A stretch of DNA of 64,000 nt. It comes from a virus. Below are positions 18,341 to 26,676 of this stretch, piece after piece. Each line of letters begins with the position of its first letter. Position 1 is the stretch's first letter. The translations under genes were made by a program, and so were the position numbers. The notes under the pieces were generated by a model that was not told the DNA's origin, searched no databases, and worked only from the letters and a program-made list of their open reading frames with translations. The stretch is from IMG/VR virus record IMGVR_UViG_3300025759_000064, positions 32,001 through 96,000 of that record; one strand, given 5' to 3'.

Positions 18341-19902
18341 TTTTTCACCTTAACCCTGCGAAGTGTACCTTTATTTTTGAAATGCCTTGCTCTATTTGAG
18401 TGTGCACTCTCTAAAGTTAATTTTCCACCTTGCGTGTGGCTGACATCTTTACCACCTTTTCCGTATATGCCCCGCTTCCTACGCTCTGTGTTTAATTGCT
18501 CACGATACTTTACACGCTTAGGTGTCTTTTGATATTGCTTGTCATACTCTAATTTGTGAGCAAATGCTGCTGGCGACTTGCGCTCTTTGAGCAACTGATA
18601 GGCTATGTCCATTGGTTCGCTGGCTAGTTTCCGATTTTTCCACTCAAAACGGGTAGTATATTCAGGATGGTCTTCGGGAAGCAACGACATTGGAGGACGT
18701 TCTTTACTTGGCTCAAGCCGTCTATATTCATTTTCAAAATGTCGTCTGTTCTCCCTTTTTTGTTTTTCATAATACCTATTGAACTCCTTTATTGAATCCC
18801 AATAGTCTTGTTCATTATAATCTTTTATATTTCCATATCCGTATAATCTTTCAGAGCCTTCATCTCGCTCGTATGGTTGGATATTGCTGAAATAATCATA
18901 TAACATATTTTCATCCATATCTTCGTCTTCCTGAATATTTTTAAGCAACTGGAGGGCTATGTCCATTGGACTACCTTTAGTCAATTCGTAGATTTCATCT
19001 TTAGTTTTACCATAAAATAAATTATGTAACTCATCTGCATCCATATCTTCTATCTTTTTTCGTTTAATCGGCTTACCCCAAGGTAAAGGTTTGTCGCTCC
19101 ATCTACTAATTCGGCCACTTGGCCTTCTGTCTGTATTACTAATATTACGACCTAAATTGGGAGTGCCCATCTCTAGTGTTTCGTCTTTATAATGTCGTCG
19201 CAATGGTACTTCAACTAAACTTTCACGTGGAATATTTTCATCATGCTCAATAAACGCTTCTGCTAAATCTTCTTTTGCTTCGTCACTATCTCTTCTGTGC
19301 ACTTTTCCGTATTTATCAAGATTTCCACGTACATAAACTAACTTATCGGGGGCATTATGGGTGTATAAATTATTAATATCTCCCATTGTATTATTTGAAA
19401 CCCAAGTTCCAGCCTTTGCATTTTTTAATCCAGCGAAAAGTTTTCGCGCGCGGGGATGATACTTACCATCTCTATGCGCACCTGCCATATAATACGGTAC
19501 ATTTGATATAGGGTCTTTCCTCCATCTCGAATTAGGGTCTTCCCAAACAGGGTCATTATCATGGGGTATTTCAGGAATCAGTGGTGGAAGTCTTGGGTCA
19601 CCTTCTTCATAGTTTATATTAGAGCCATCTTGCGGTACAGGTTCTCCCGCAGGTCTATGCGCCCCTTGTACACGAACAGCCCTAACGGGGTCCCATCCTT
19701 CCCAACCAGTTGTGTAATCTAATCTAGGGTCATGCATTGGCAACTTTGTTTGATAATTATTTTCAATTGTGTACTCCGGGTGATTTGGAAACAATTGCGC
19801 TCTTCTCGCTTGTTCCATCATATCCATATATTCTTTCGATTCTTTAATAGCCTCTTCATCTTCTAACGATTTTAGAAAAGCCCAAGATTTGTTAAACACC
19901 AT
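18337..19902 (-). CDS. Modular polyprotein: leader, ART-like domain, acidic module, HNH-like basic domain
   Basis: Start MVFNKSWAFLK. AVR...GTWVS...EAFI..IP ART-like pattern. PMDIAxQLLK repeats at 18940-18969 and 18586-18615. C-terminal KDVSH...LE..H.NRAR. Confidence 0.6.
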   Translation of the reverse strand: MVFNKSWAFLKSLEDEEAIKESKEYMDMMEQARRAQLFPNHPEYTIENNYQTKLPMHDPRLDYTTGWEGWDPVRAVRVQGAHRPAGEPVPQDGSNINYEEGDPRLPPLIPEIPHDNDPVWEDPNSRWRKDPISNVPYYMAGAHRDGKYHPRARKLFAGLKNAKAGTWVSNNTMGDINNLYTHNAPDKLVYVRGNLDKYGKVHRRDSDEAKEDLAEAFIEHDENIPRESLVEVPLRRHYKDETLEMGTPNLGRNISNTDRRPSGRISRWSDKPLPWGKPIKRKKIEDMDADELHNLFYGKTKDEIYELTKGSPMDIALQLLKNIQEDEDMDENMLYDYFSNIQPYERDEGSERLYGYGNIKDYNEQDYWDSIKEFNRYYEKQKRENRRHFENEYRRLEPSKERPPMSLLPEDHPEYTTRFEWKNRKLASEPMDIAYQLLKERKSPAAFAHKLEYDKQYQKTPKRVKYREQLNTERRKRGIYGKGGKDVSHTQGGKLTLESAHSNRARHFKNKGTLRRVKVKK

Positions 19903-19903
19903 T

Positions 19904-20122
19904 CTAAATCCATCCTGATGTCCTCTTTGATTGTTGTGTCTTAGGTTGTGACGTAGGTTGAGGCGGATTGGCTTGCATATTTCTTTTAGCATCTGCGTTT
20001 TTAGCCATTATCATGTCTTGTAGAGACATAAAGCGACCTGAGCCGGGAGGATATTCGTGCATATCAATGGGGTCTGCTTTGAGAAATTGCCAAGCCTCAT
20101 TGAATGCGGTCAACCCAATCAC
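19904..20122 (-). CDS. Small protein with AFNEAWQFLK leader
   Basis: 72-aa ORF, coupled. Confidence 0.65.
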   Translation of the reverse strand: MIGLTAFNEAWQFLKADPIDMHEYPPGSGRFMSLQDMIMAKNADAKRNMQANPPQPTSQPKTQQSKRTSGWI

Positions 20123-21264
20123 CTATTTGCAAAAACATCTTTTGGCATACGAGGTCTTGGTTTGTTAGGGTCTGCAAATCGTGGGTCACCCGGTCTAGGC
20201 GCACCACGTGGTTTTCGCATTTCAGGCATACCTTCCGCCATTATTGCAGCCCGTTCCGCTTCATTCATTTCCGCTTGGCGTGCATCTTCATCACCAAACT
20301 CAGGTTTACCGTATGGCGGTCCTAAATCTTCCCCATCATATTCAGGAAAACCTTCATCATCGTATCTACTTGGACCGGGCATACTATCTCTAGTGTAATT
20401 ATTCGCCCCTTTTCTATGTAAATCTTCGTCTATAAAACGTTGAGGAGACATATCAGGAAGATTTCGTGCTCTGACGTGTTCGGGTAAATTAGATATTCTA
20501 AAGTTTTGCTTCAACATTTCAAATGCTTTTTGCATAGGTTTACCCCTGCCGGGGATTCGATGTAGCATTTTTGAATTGATAAGTTCTTGTAATTTTGCCT
20601 CACTTGCTGCTCTTTTACCAAGTTTAGTGTTTTTTAACGCTTCTTGCAAAAATGGGGCATAATCATCCTTAAAATCCCGCACCTCTTTATTAGTTGGGTG
20701 TGTTTGTTGGTATGAGTAAGATTGTGGTGCTTTGGTTCTTCTTTGGTTATCTTTGTTAGCATAAGCATTCATTTGGTCCATAGGGTCATCTACACTTCCA
20801 TATGGCATACTATCGGCGTAGTACTCAGGGTGCATATCTAACGTTGGGGTTTTACCATCACGGTAATCTAATGCACTTTCATTTGCACGAAGATTCAGAT
20901 TTGGCAAGTCTGCATTTTCGTCATTATAACTACCTGATGTCAAATGGGGGTTTTCTTTCATGCGCCTCTGCATCATCCCATATATCGCAGGGTGTATAGT
21001 ACCCGCACCCTCTTGCCTCTCTCCGACATCAGGGCCTTCTCCTTGGTAAGTGATTTCTGCTAGATTGGCTCTGTCATAAGCAGGTTCAAACATTTGATGC
21101 TCAGGTAGCGCTTTCAAGGTCTGCCACGATTTCTTCATAGGCATAGAGCCGTATTTCTTCATGTTCGGTGTAGCGGCATCGGTGGGCTTAGTTTTCATTT
21201 TTGGCCCAATGCTGATAATTACAGCAACGCCCTTTTTCTTTTTCTTGTCTTTCATTTTAATCAC
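20119..21264 (-). CDS. Low-complexity putative virion protein with internal PMxxxW/FxxLK motifs
   Basis: 381 aa; PMKKSWQTLK and PMQKAFEMLK. Confidence 0.65.
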   Translation of the reverse strand: MIKMKDKKKKKGVAVIISIGPKMKTKPTDAATPNMKKYGSMPMKKSWQTLKALPEHQMFEPAYDRANLAEITYQGEGPDVGERQEGAGTIHPAIYGMMQRRMKENPHLTSGSYNDENADLPNLNLRANESALDYRDGKTPTLDMHPEYYADSMPYGSVDDPMDQMNAYANKDNQRRTKAPQSYSYQQTHPTNKEVRDFKDDYAPFLQEALKNTKLGKRAASEAKLQELINSKMLHRIPGRGKPMQKAFEMLKQNFRISNLPEHVRARNLPDMSPQRFIDEDLHRKGANNYTRDSMPGPSRYDDEGFPEYDGEDLGPPYGKPEFGDEDARQAEMNEAERAAIMAEGMPEMRKPRGAPRPGDPRFADPNKPRPRMPKDVFANR

Positions 21265-21266
21265 TT

Positions 21267-21614
21267 TTAATTTTGATATTGTGGATTATTTTGCTGGTAC
21301 GGTGGCCTTTCATGCTCAAATGGGTTTCTTTTAGCCTCAAATGGTTTGGGTTGATGAGGTTGGTAAGGGTTGTAAGGTAGGTTGTTATCATTTGGATTAC
21401 CTTGTCCGTATGGCGCATTTTGCTTCATTCTCTCCATGTACTCGTCCAAAGTTCGCTGTTTACCTTCTTTTGATGGAGAGGGGGCGTAAGGGTTAGGTTG
21501 AGGATTATTTCGGTAAGGTTGGTTAGATGGATTGGAAGGCATTGCTCGGTGGTATAAATAATTCGGGTTAGGTGCGCTTTTCAAAAACGTCCACGCTGTT
21601 TCAAATGCTGTCAT
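21267..21614 (-). CDS. Pro/Asn/Tyr-rich protein with AFETAWTFLK leader
   Basis: 115-aa ORF. Confidence 0.7.
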   Translation of the reverse strand: MTAFETAWTFLKSAPNPNYLYHRAMPSNPSNQPYRNNPQPNPYAPSPSKEGKQRTLDEYMERMKQNAPYGQGNPNDNNLPYNPYQPHQPKPFEAKRNPFEHERPPYQQNNPQYQN

Positions 21615-21874
21615 TCTCCTTGACCCCCTCTAAATGACTCAAACCATTCGGGATGGTTCTGTCTGTAAAAATCAATTATTTTAGCATCTTCTTCGTGGTC
21701 ATCTATTTTTTCACGTAATTTTGAAGCCTTTTGCTTCTTTTTACGGCTATCAGACCTTGTTTTACCAGTTTGATTCAGTGCCTCTTCCATGTAACTTGGC
21801 ATATCGTGCTGCATAGCAACTTGAGAGGAGGGGGACATTTTTAGCACATTTATTGCTGCATCTATTGGATTCAT
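21611..21874 (-). CDS. Small protein with PIDAAINVLK leader variant
   Basis: ATG at 21874 after a GGTGA SD. Confidence 0.65.
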   Translation of the reverse strand: MNPIDAAINVLKMSPSSQVAMQHDMPSYMEEALNQTGKTRSDSRKKKQKASKLREKIDDHEEDAKIIDFYRQNHPEWFESFRGGQGE

Positions 21875-22055
21875 TTTATTCACCTTTTACGCATCGGCGT
21901 GGTAACTACGTGCACCGCTAGTAATGCGATATGTCTAATATGTTACGCTCTATCCTGAGGGCGTGGTGGCTTCCATTCCGCAGGGTCAAGTTGTTGTAAG
22001 TTCTTCTTCTTTCCACATTCATTACCTCAAAAAAAATAAGCAGACTGGTGGGAAT

Positions 22056-22679
22056 ATGGAAGTCACCGCACCTGTTTTGGTTACTAAAGGCGTAGGAGAA
22101 ACAGCGCTAAACTTGGGCGCTCTTGCACTTGCACCATTTACTGGTGGTATGTCGGCAGTTGCCTTAGGAGCAGCAAGAGGCGCACAGGCATTGAGAGCGG
22201 TAAAAGCAGCAAAAGGTGCAAAAACTGCCGTAGGAACTACTCAAGCCGCTAAAACTACTGCTGGTAAAGTTGCAGTTAAAGACCCAATGGCTATGGCAAA
22301 CGCAAGACATGCAGAGCAAATAGCAGAGGCTGGTGAAAGCGGAGGTAGATTAGGTCAATTGCGAAGTAGAGCAGTAACACCAACGGCGGCAGAAGAATTA
22401 GAGGCTGCAACTTCAAATCAAGCAAGAATGAAAGATATAGCAAGCACTACTGATGCAGCAGCAGAAGCGGAAAAAAATCTTGCCGAATTACATGAGCAAC
22501 AAAAAACTGCAACAGATACAGCAGGGGCTGCTGCTGTTGTGGGAGTACAAGGCACAAACGCTGCCGCACAACAAAAACAGGCACAACAAAAAGCCGAAAT
22601 GGAAAGAATAGAAGGATTAGCGGAAGATGCTAGGTCAAAAGCCAGCACCGGAACTGGTGGGAAGGTAGCGGTGGCATGA
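22056..22679 (+). CDS. Ala-rich helical protein with a hydrophobic glycine-zipper segment (ejection-protein-like)
   Basis: ATG at 22056 after GGTGGG; LGALALAPFTGGMSAVALGAA. Confidence 0.65.
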   Translation: MEVTAPVLVTKGVGETALNLGALALAPFTGGMSAVALGAARGAQALRAVKAAKGAKTAVGTTQAAKTTAGKVAVKDPMAMANARHAEQIAEAGESGGRLGQLRSRAVTPTAAEELEAATSNQARMKDIASTTDAAAEAEKNLAELHEQQKTATDTAGAAAVVGVQGTNAAAQQKQAQQKAEMERIEGLAEDARSKASTGTGGKVAVA

Positions 22680-22789
22680 TTGCCATGGCTCTAAAAGGCT
22701 ACATTAAACTGCAATTAGCCCAAATGATACAGCATTTGATTGTCGGCTTAGGACTTGTAGTTGTAGTTACTGTTATACTTTTATCTTAG
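22676..22789 (+). CDS. Tiny single-TM membrane protein (37 aa)
   Basis: Manual translation MIAMALKGYIKLQLAQMIQHLIVGLGLVVVVTVILLS; ATGA-coupled to 22056..22679. Confidence 0.5.
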   Translation: MIAMALKGYIKLQLAQMIQHLIVGLGLVVVVTVILLS

Positions 22790-23621
22790 TATTTACAAAC
22801 TTGACTAGCGGTTCTAAGTCTTTAAGCGTAACACCACAATCAAGATTCTCTCTATCAGCCCAGTGTACTAACTGTTCTGTGGCTAAATTGCCCCCTGAGC
22901 CGGGTACAAACGGGCAACCGCCCATTCCTCCAATGCTAGAATCGAACTGTGTGATGCCGCAATCGAAGCCAGCAGACAGATTATCGTACATTCTGCCCTC
23001 TCTTACACCGTGATGTAGGTGCAATGCGATATTTGCATCTATCTTTCTGTCAGTTAAACGCATTACTTTGCGTATCATCGATGGGTTAGCATTACCTATG
23101 GTGTCAGACAAAACTATTGTATCGCCTAAGGTATTTGCCCATTCCATGGTTTTTAGCATGTCTTTTGGCGGTATTTCGCCCATAATCGGGCATCCAAAAG
23201 ATGTAGAAAGGTAAACTCTGACGTTTTTGGTCGGTATTCTGTCTAATGCGCCACTGTATTCAGCAAAAATTGTGTTTAGGTTTTTACCTAAGTTATTGAC
23301 ATTGAAGTAGTTTGACGGTGAGAAAAAAATATTATATTTTTCTACACCAACAGACTTTGCCCTTTCAACACCCACACGGTTTGGCACTAACATACCCAAG
23401 TTGTGCGTAGAGGCTAAATCTTGCACTTTGAGGAATACTACTTCGCTATCAGCCATATTTGGAACTCTGTCAGGATTGACCATTGAGCCAATTTCAATAT
23501 TTTTGATACCCGTATTTGCAATTTTACGTATCAAAGTCACCTTATCGTGCGTAGATGTGATTGTATCTGCGCTCTGCAACCCATCGCGTGGTCCTACTTC
23601 GTAGATTGAAAAGTCGCTCAT
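22773..23621 (-). CDS. hmgL: Hydroxymethylglutaryl-CoA lyase (DRE-TIM metallolyase)
   Basis: EVGPRDGLQ, FGCP, LSDTIG, HLH, and GGMGGCPFVPGSGGNLATE with the catalytic Cys. ATG at 23621 (TAATG overlap). Confidence 0.9.
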   Translation of the reverse strand: MSDFSIYEVGPRDGLQSADTITSTHDKVTLIRKIANTGIKNIEIGSMVNPDRVPNMADSEVVFLKVQDLASTHNLGMLVPNRVGVERAKSVGVEKYNIFFSPSNYFNVNNLGKNLNTIFAEYSGALDRIPTKNVRVYLSTSFGCPIMGEIPPKDMLKTMEWANTLGDTIVLSDTIGNANPSMIRKVMRLTDRKIDANIALHLHHGVREGRMYDNLSAGFDCGITQFDSSIGGMGGCPFVPGSGGNLATEQLVHWADRENLDCGVTLKDLEPLVKFVNTKIKV

Positions 23622-24280
23622 TATTCTGTCTCCCAATCCCACATATCGGGTCTTTCAGTTTCACCAACACCCCCACCGTAAGCCAAATCTTTAATGTCTC
23701 TCGGCACATTGCCCCAAGTAGATTCATCATGCCAATTCATTGGCTGCCCTACGTTTTTACCCTGTCTCATCATAACTAATCGGTGCGGGTCAATCGCCTC
23801 ATGGATAAGCCCTTCAGGAAATCCTTCAGGACTTTGTTTTGCGTTCCTCCACTGCGCATCGAGATTTTTCGCGCCCTCAGGTGTCATACGAATCCCAACC
23901 ATTGAATGTCCCATTCCTTTTCCACTAGGCGTAGCACCAGCGTATGCGGGTGTAACATTACGAAAATCGGGTTTAGTCACCCAAAATCCTTTACCCCCAC
24001 CACGTGTAGTATCAAACTTTTTGTCATTTTTACCAGCCATTACATCTTCCCATTGCGAATTATCTTCTCCATAACCACGGTTTGCGTTTTGCGGCAAAGG
24101 CTGCAAACCTCGATTATCAATATCTTGCATATATTCGCTCGGTACAACACGCATCATCGACATCGGCCCAGCCCGACTAGGAAAATCTGCATGGTATTGA
24201 CCCAAGGTAGTTTGGTCAGGGTGCAATTCAGGATACAAAGGTGACTTTAGAACAGCCCATGCTTGGTCAAAGGGGTTCAT
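23621..24280 (-). CDS. Putative ADP-ribosyltransferase-fold protein with PFDQAWAVLK leader
   Basis: MRVV..I..RGLQP...GFWVT...EGLIHEAIDPHRL resembles the ART/KptA-like strand pattern. Confidence 0.45.
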   Translation of the reverse strand: MNPFDQAWAVLKSPLYPELHPDQTTLGQYHADFPSRAGPMSMMRVVPSEYMQDIDNRGLQPLPQNANRGYGEDNSQWEDVMAGKNDKKFDTTRGGGKGFWVTKPDFRNVTPAYAGATPSGKGMGHSMVGIRMTPEGAKNLDAQWRNAKQSPEGFPEGLIHEAIDPHRLVMMRQGKNVGQPMNWHDESTWGNVPRDIKDLAYGGGVGETERPDMWDWETE

Positions 24281-24648
24281 TGTTGACCCTCCCGATTCGC
24301 CCAAAAACCCTCAGCATCCTCGCTCTGCATGTGATTAGTGTTCTGCACAGTAAGTCCAGTAATTTTCTCAGCGTGGTTGTACATGTCCGTGGCTATACCC
24401 CCTCTCCGAAAACTCGGATGCGTGTAACTAGCCAAAGGAATCAAGTTACCGTCAGCCACTGAAAACTTTGCATAACCATATTTTATGGGCTTTTGGTCGT
24501 ATTTATCCAAACCCTGTATGGCCGCAACCTGTAAATTACCATGTTTATCGTATTCATGCTGCAACGAGAAATCTTCGGGGTCTCCGTAGTAAGGGAAATC
24601 CGGTTTAGGCATTTTGAGTACAGCCCACGCTCGGTCGAAGGCAGTCAT
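24277..24648 (-). CDS. GNAT-family acetyltransferase with AFDRAWAVLK leader
   Basis: HPSFRRGGIATDMY motif A; QSEDAEGFW. Confidence 0.7.
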   Translation of the reverse strand: MTAFDRAWAVLKMPKPDFPYYGDPEDFSLQHEYDKHGNLQVAAIQGLDKYDQKPIKYGYAKFSVADGNLIPLASYTHPSFRRGGIATDMYNHAEKITGLTVQNTNHMQSEDAEGFWANREGQQ

Positions 24649-25178
24649 TCATGCACCCCATCATACGGCCAACGTAGTCTTATCCCTCTATAATCATCTT
24701 GAAACTTAGTGTGAGCAGAACGCCTCTCATCTCCCTCATACGGCAATTCCATGTGTTTTGCCCAAAATGGGGCTGAGGATGCGCTTAACTGACTCGGAAA
24801 TGTCGTTAGCCTAGCATTTTTCTTCTTCGCCATCTCATTCGCCAAATTATAAACACCCGTCATCAAACCTCTTCTTCTGTAACCCTCTCTAGTTTTTGCA
24901 TGAGAAGTTTTCCATTCAGGGCCATAATGCTCGCTAATATGATTAACAGCAAGCGGTTTTCCATCATTATCCATAATTCTTGTATTTAGCCCATACATAT
25001 CATATTCCGACACCATTGGATAGATTTTGTTTGTTTGAGGGTCTTGAAATTGTGCTTCCATCCCACCGTCTTGTACGTCAGCCTCCTTAATGGGGTCCCA
25101 CCCTTCTATTTCTTTAATTGAGCCGGGGATTATCGGCATCTTGAGTATAGCCCACGCAATGTCGAATGCGTTTACCAT
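24645..25178 (-). CDS. GNAT-family acetyltransferase with AFDIAWAILK leader
   Basis: EGYRRRGLMTGVY motif A; shares FQDPxTN with 16660..17136. Confidence 0.7.
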   Translation of the reverse strand: MVNAFDIAWAILKMPIIPGSIKEIEGWDPIKEADVQDGGMEAQFQDPQTNKIYPMVSEYDMYGLNTRIMDNDGKPLAVNHISEHYGPEWKTSHAKTREGYRRRGLMTGVYNLANEMAKKKNARLTTFPSQLSASSAPFWAKHMELPYEGDERRSAHTKFQDDYRGIRLRWPYDGVHE

Positions 25179-25222
25179 GCGCCTCACACAGCGTTACTCT
25201 ATATCGAACTACCGCTAAATTA

Positions 25223-25674
25223 GCGTAATGTTAAAACCTTGACCCTTAAACATATGAGACCCGAAGGGGTTTTTTTACCAAAAATATTTTTTTTATTCGA
25301 GCGCTGTATGCGACTATAAGAGCGTAATGCTATTGGCGTAATGCTATCTCTCCGGCTAAGGCAGCGTAATGCTTTGGCGTAATGGGGTACTGCAAGCCTG
25401 TTTCAGACATTACGCCTTGGCGTAATGCCCTGTTGTTGTGGCGTAATGCTTTGTAGTGGGCGTTACGCGGTTGCGTAACGCTTGTACATGTGCCTATGTA
25501 GCAAAGCACGTAAGTCGCGGCTTACAAACGCATCACTGCTCTATGCTTTTCGCCTCACACTTAGCGTGATTATAACGCCAGCCCTTGCACCGCTTTGGAT
25601 TCCCCACCCGTATGGTTGGTGCATTAACAGTGCATCTTCTTCATACTAGGGCGTATTGCTGTTGAGCGTAATGC
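25223..25674. repeat. GCGTAATG(C) iteron field in the divergent intergenic region (candidate origin, pac site or terminus)
   Basis: Exact + copies at 25223, 25322, 25336, 25364, 25377, 25420, 25441 and 25666; inverted copy at 25408; variants at 25460, 25473 and 25651; T/A tract at 25270-25297. Confidence 0.8.
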
Positions 25675-25732
25675 TTGTGTGCTGCCTGTATTCTTACTCA
25701 TCTCATCTCTTTCAGTCTAACGTTTATCAGTC

Positions 25733-25756
25733 TTGACTATATAAACCGAGATTGAA
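25733..25756 (+). promoter_or_regulatory. 24-bp early promoter cassette TTGACTATATAAACCGAGATTGAA, copy 1
   Basis: Exact consensus; TATA box TATATAAA upstream of a gene start. Confidence 0.8.
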
Positions 25757-25778
25757 AGGGTAGGTGGAGGAATCTGAA

Positions 25779-26534
25779 ATGGTAAACGATTTGAAAAACG
25801 ATACCCAAATAACGATGATTGAGCGAATTGCTACGCTCTTGCAGTCACTTGTGACTGTAAGCAAAGCAAAAGGTCGAGGTAAGGTCGACATAGGTAGGTG
25901 GGATGTATCCAAAGGATACCCTGACCCTCTGTATGATGATGAAGCACCTAACACCACATTGACAGCCAAGCAAGCAAGCACTGTACTTGCACGCTTCTGT
26001 CAATCTGTGATTGATAGTGGTTGGAAACCTGCAAGCGAATTGACTGTTAGTCAACATGCACTTGCAGAGACACATACTCTTTCCACAGGAAAGAACAAAG
26101 GCAACGAAGTTCCTGTCTTTGCATACGGCCTGAACAAAGTCCGTGGAAATGCACGTACAGCAATTAGGAAAGCAAAGTTGGCAGCATCACTTGTGACTGC
26201 TCAGGAGAATGGTGGTGCATGGTTTGCTGTTGGTGTAACCAACAAAGATGGCACAGGTAAGGCGTTCCCAAGTGAGAAGAAAGCGAGAAATGCTTATGCA
26301 AACATGACCTATGGTAAGGATTGGTACGACCATCCTGACAAAGAGGCTAGGAAAGCGGAGGCATCAATCCACCGTGGCACATACATAGCCTTCGATGAGA
26401 ATACCATCATCACAAGTGACACAGTGTTCACGACTGATGAAGCCTTGATTGCTGCTGCTAAATCATTAGGCAGCAAAGCAAGCACAGCACGCGGTGCTAA
26501 GACATTCATGAAGAAGCACTTCGCTAAGGCCTGA
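25779..26534 (+). CDS. First early gene, hypothetical basic Ala/Lys-rich protein
   Basis: ATG at 25779 after GGAGG; has its own promoter and terminator. Confidence 0.75.
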   Translation: MVNDLKNDTQITMIERIATLLQSLVTVSKAKGRGKVDIGRWDVSKGYPDPLYDDEAPNTTLTAKQASTVLARFCQSVIDSGWKPASELTVSQHALAETHTLSTGKNKGNEVPVFAYGLNKVRGNARTAIRKAKLAASLVTAQENGGAWFAVGVTNKDGTGKAFPSEKKARNAYANMTYGKDWYDHPDKEARKAEASIHRGTYIAFDENTIITSDTVFTTDEALIAAAKSLGSKASTARGAKTFMKKHFAKA

Positions 26535-26645
26535 GTCTGAGACAGACTAGACGGACATACGCAAGCCCTCTGCGGGGATACTCGCAGGGGGTAGCCCTCA
26601 TACTCTTGGGGGTGCAGGTTTTTCATTCATCCCTGTACCCCCACC

Positions 26646-26676
26646 CCCCCCGCCGCGAGGCAGGGGGTTTTTTTTT
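26646..26676 (+). terminator. GC hairpin (GCGA tetraloop) plus T9, intrinsic-terminator-like
   Basis: CCCCCCGCC-GCGA-GGCAGGGGG-TTTTTTTTT. Confidence 0.6.

Noticed and set aside
25322-25481. GCGTAATG cluster as a mini-CRISPR array
   Set aside because: The units are 8-9 bp, irregularly spaced and in both orientations.
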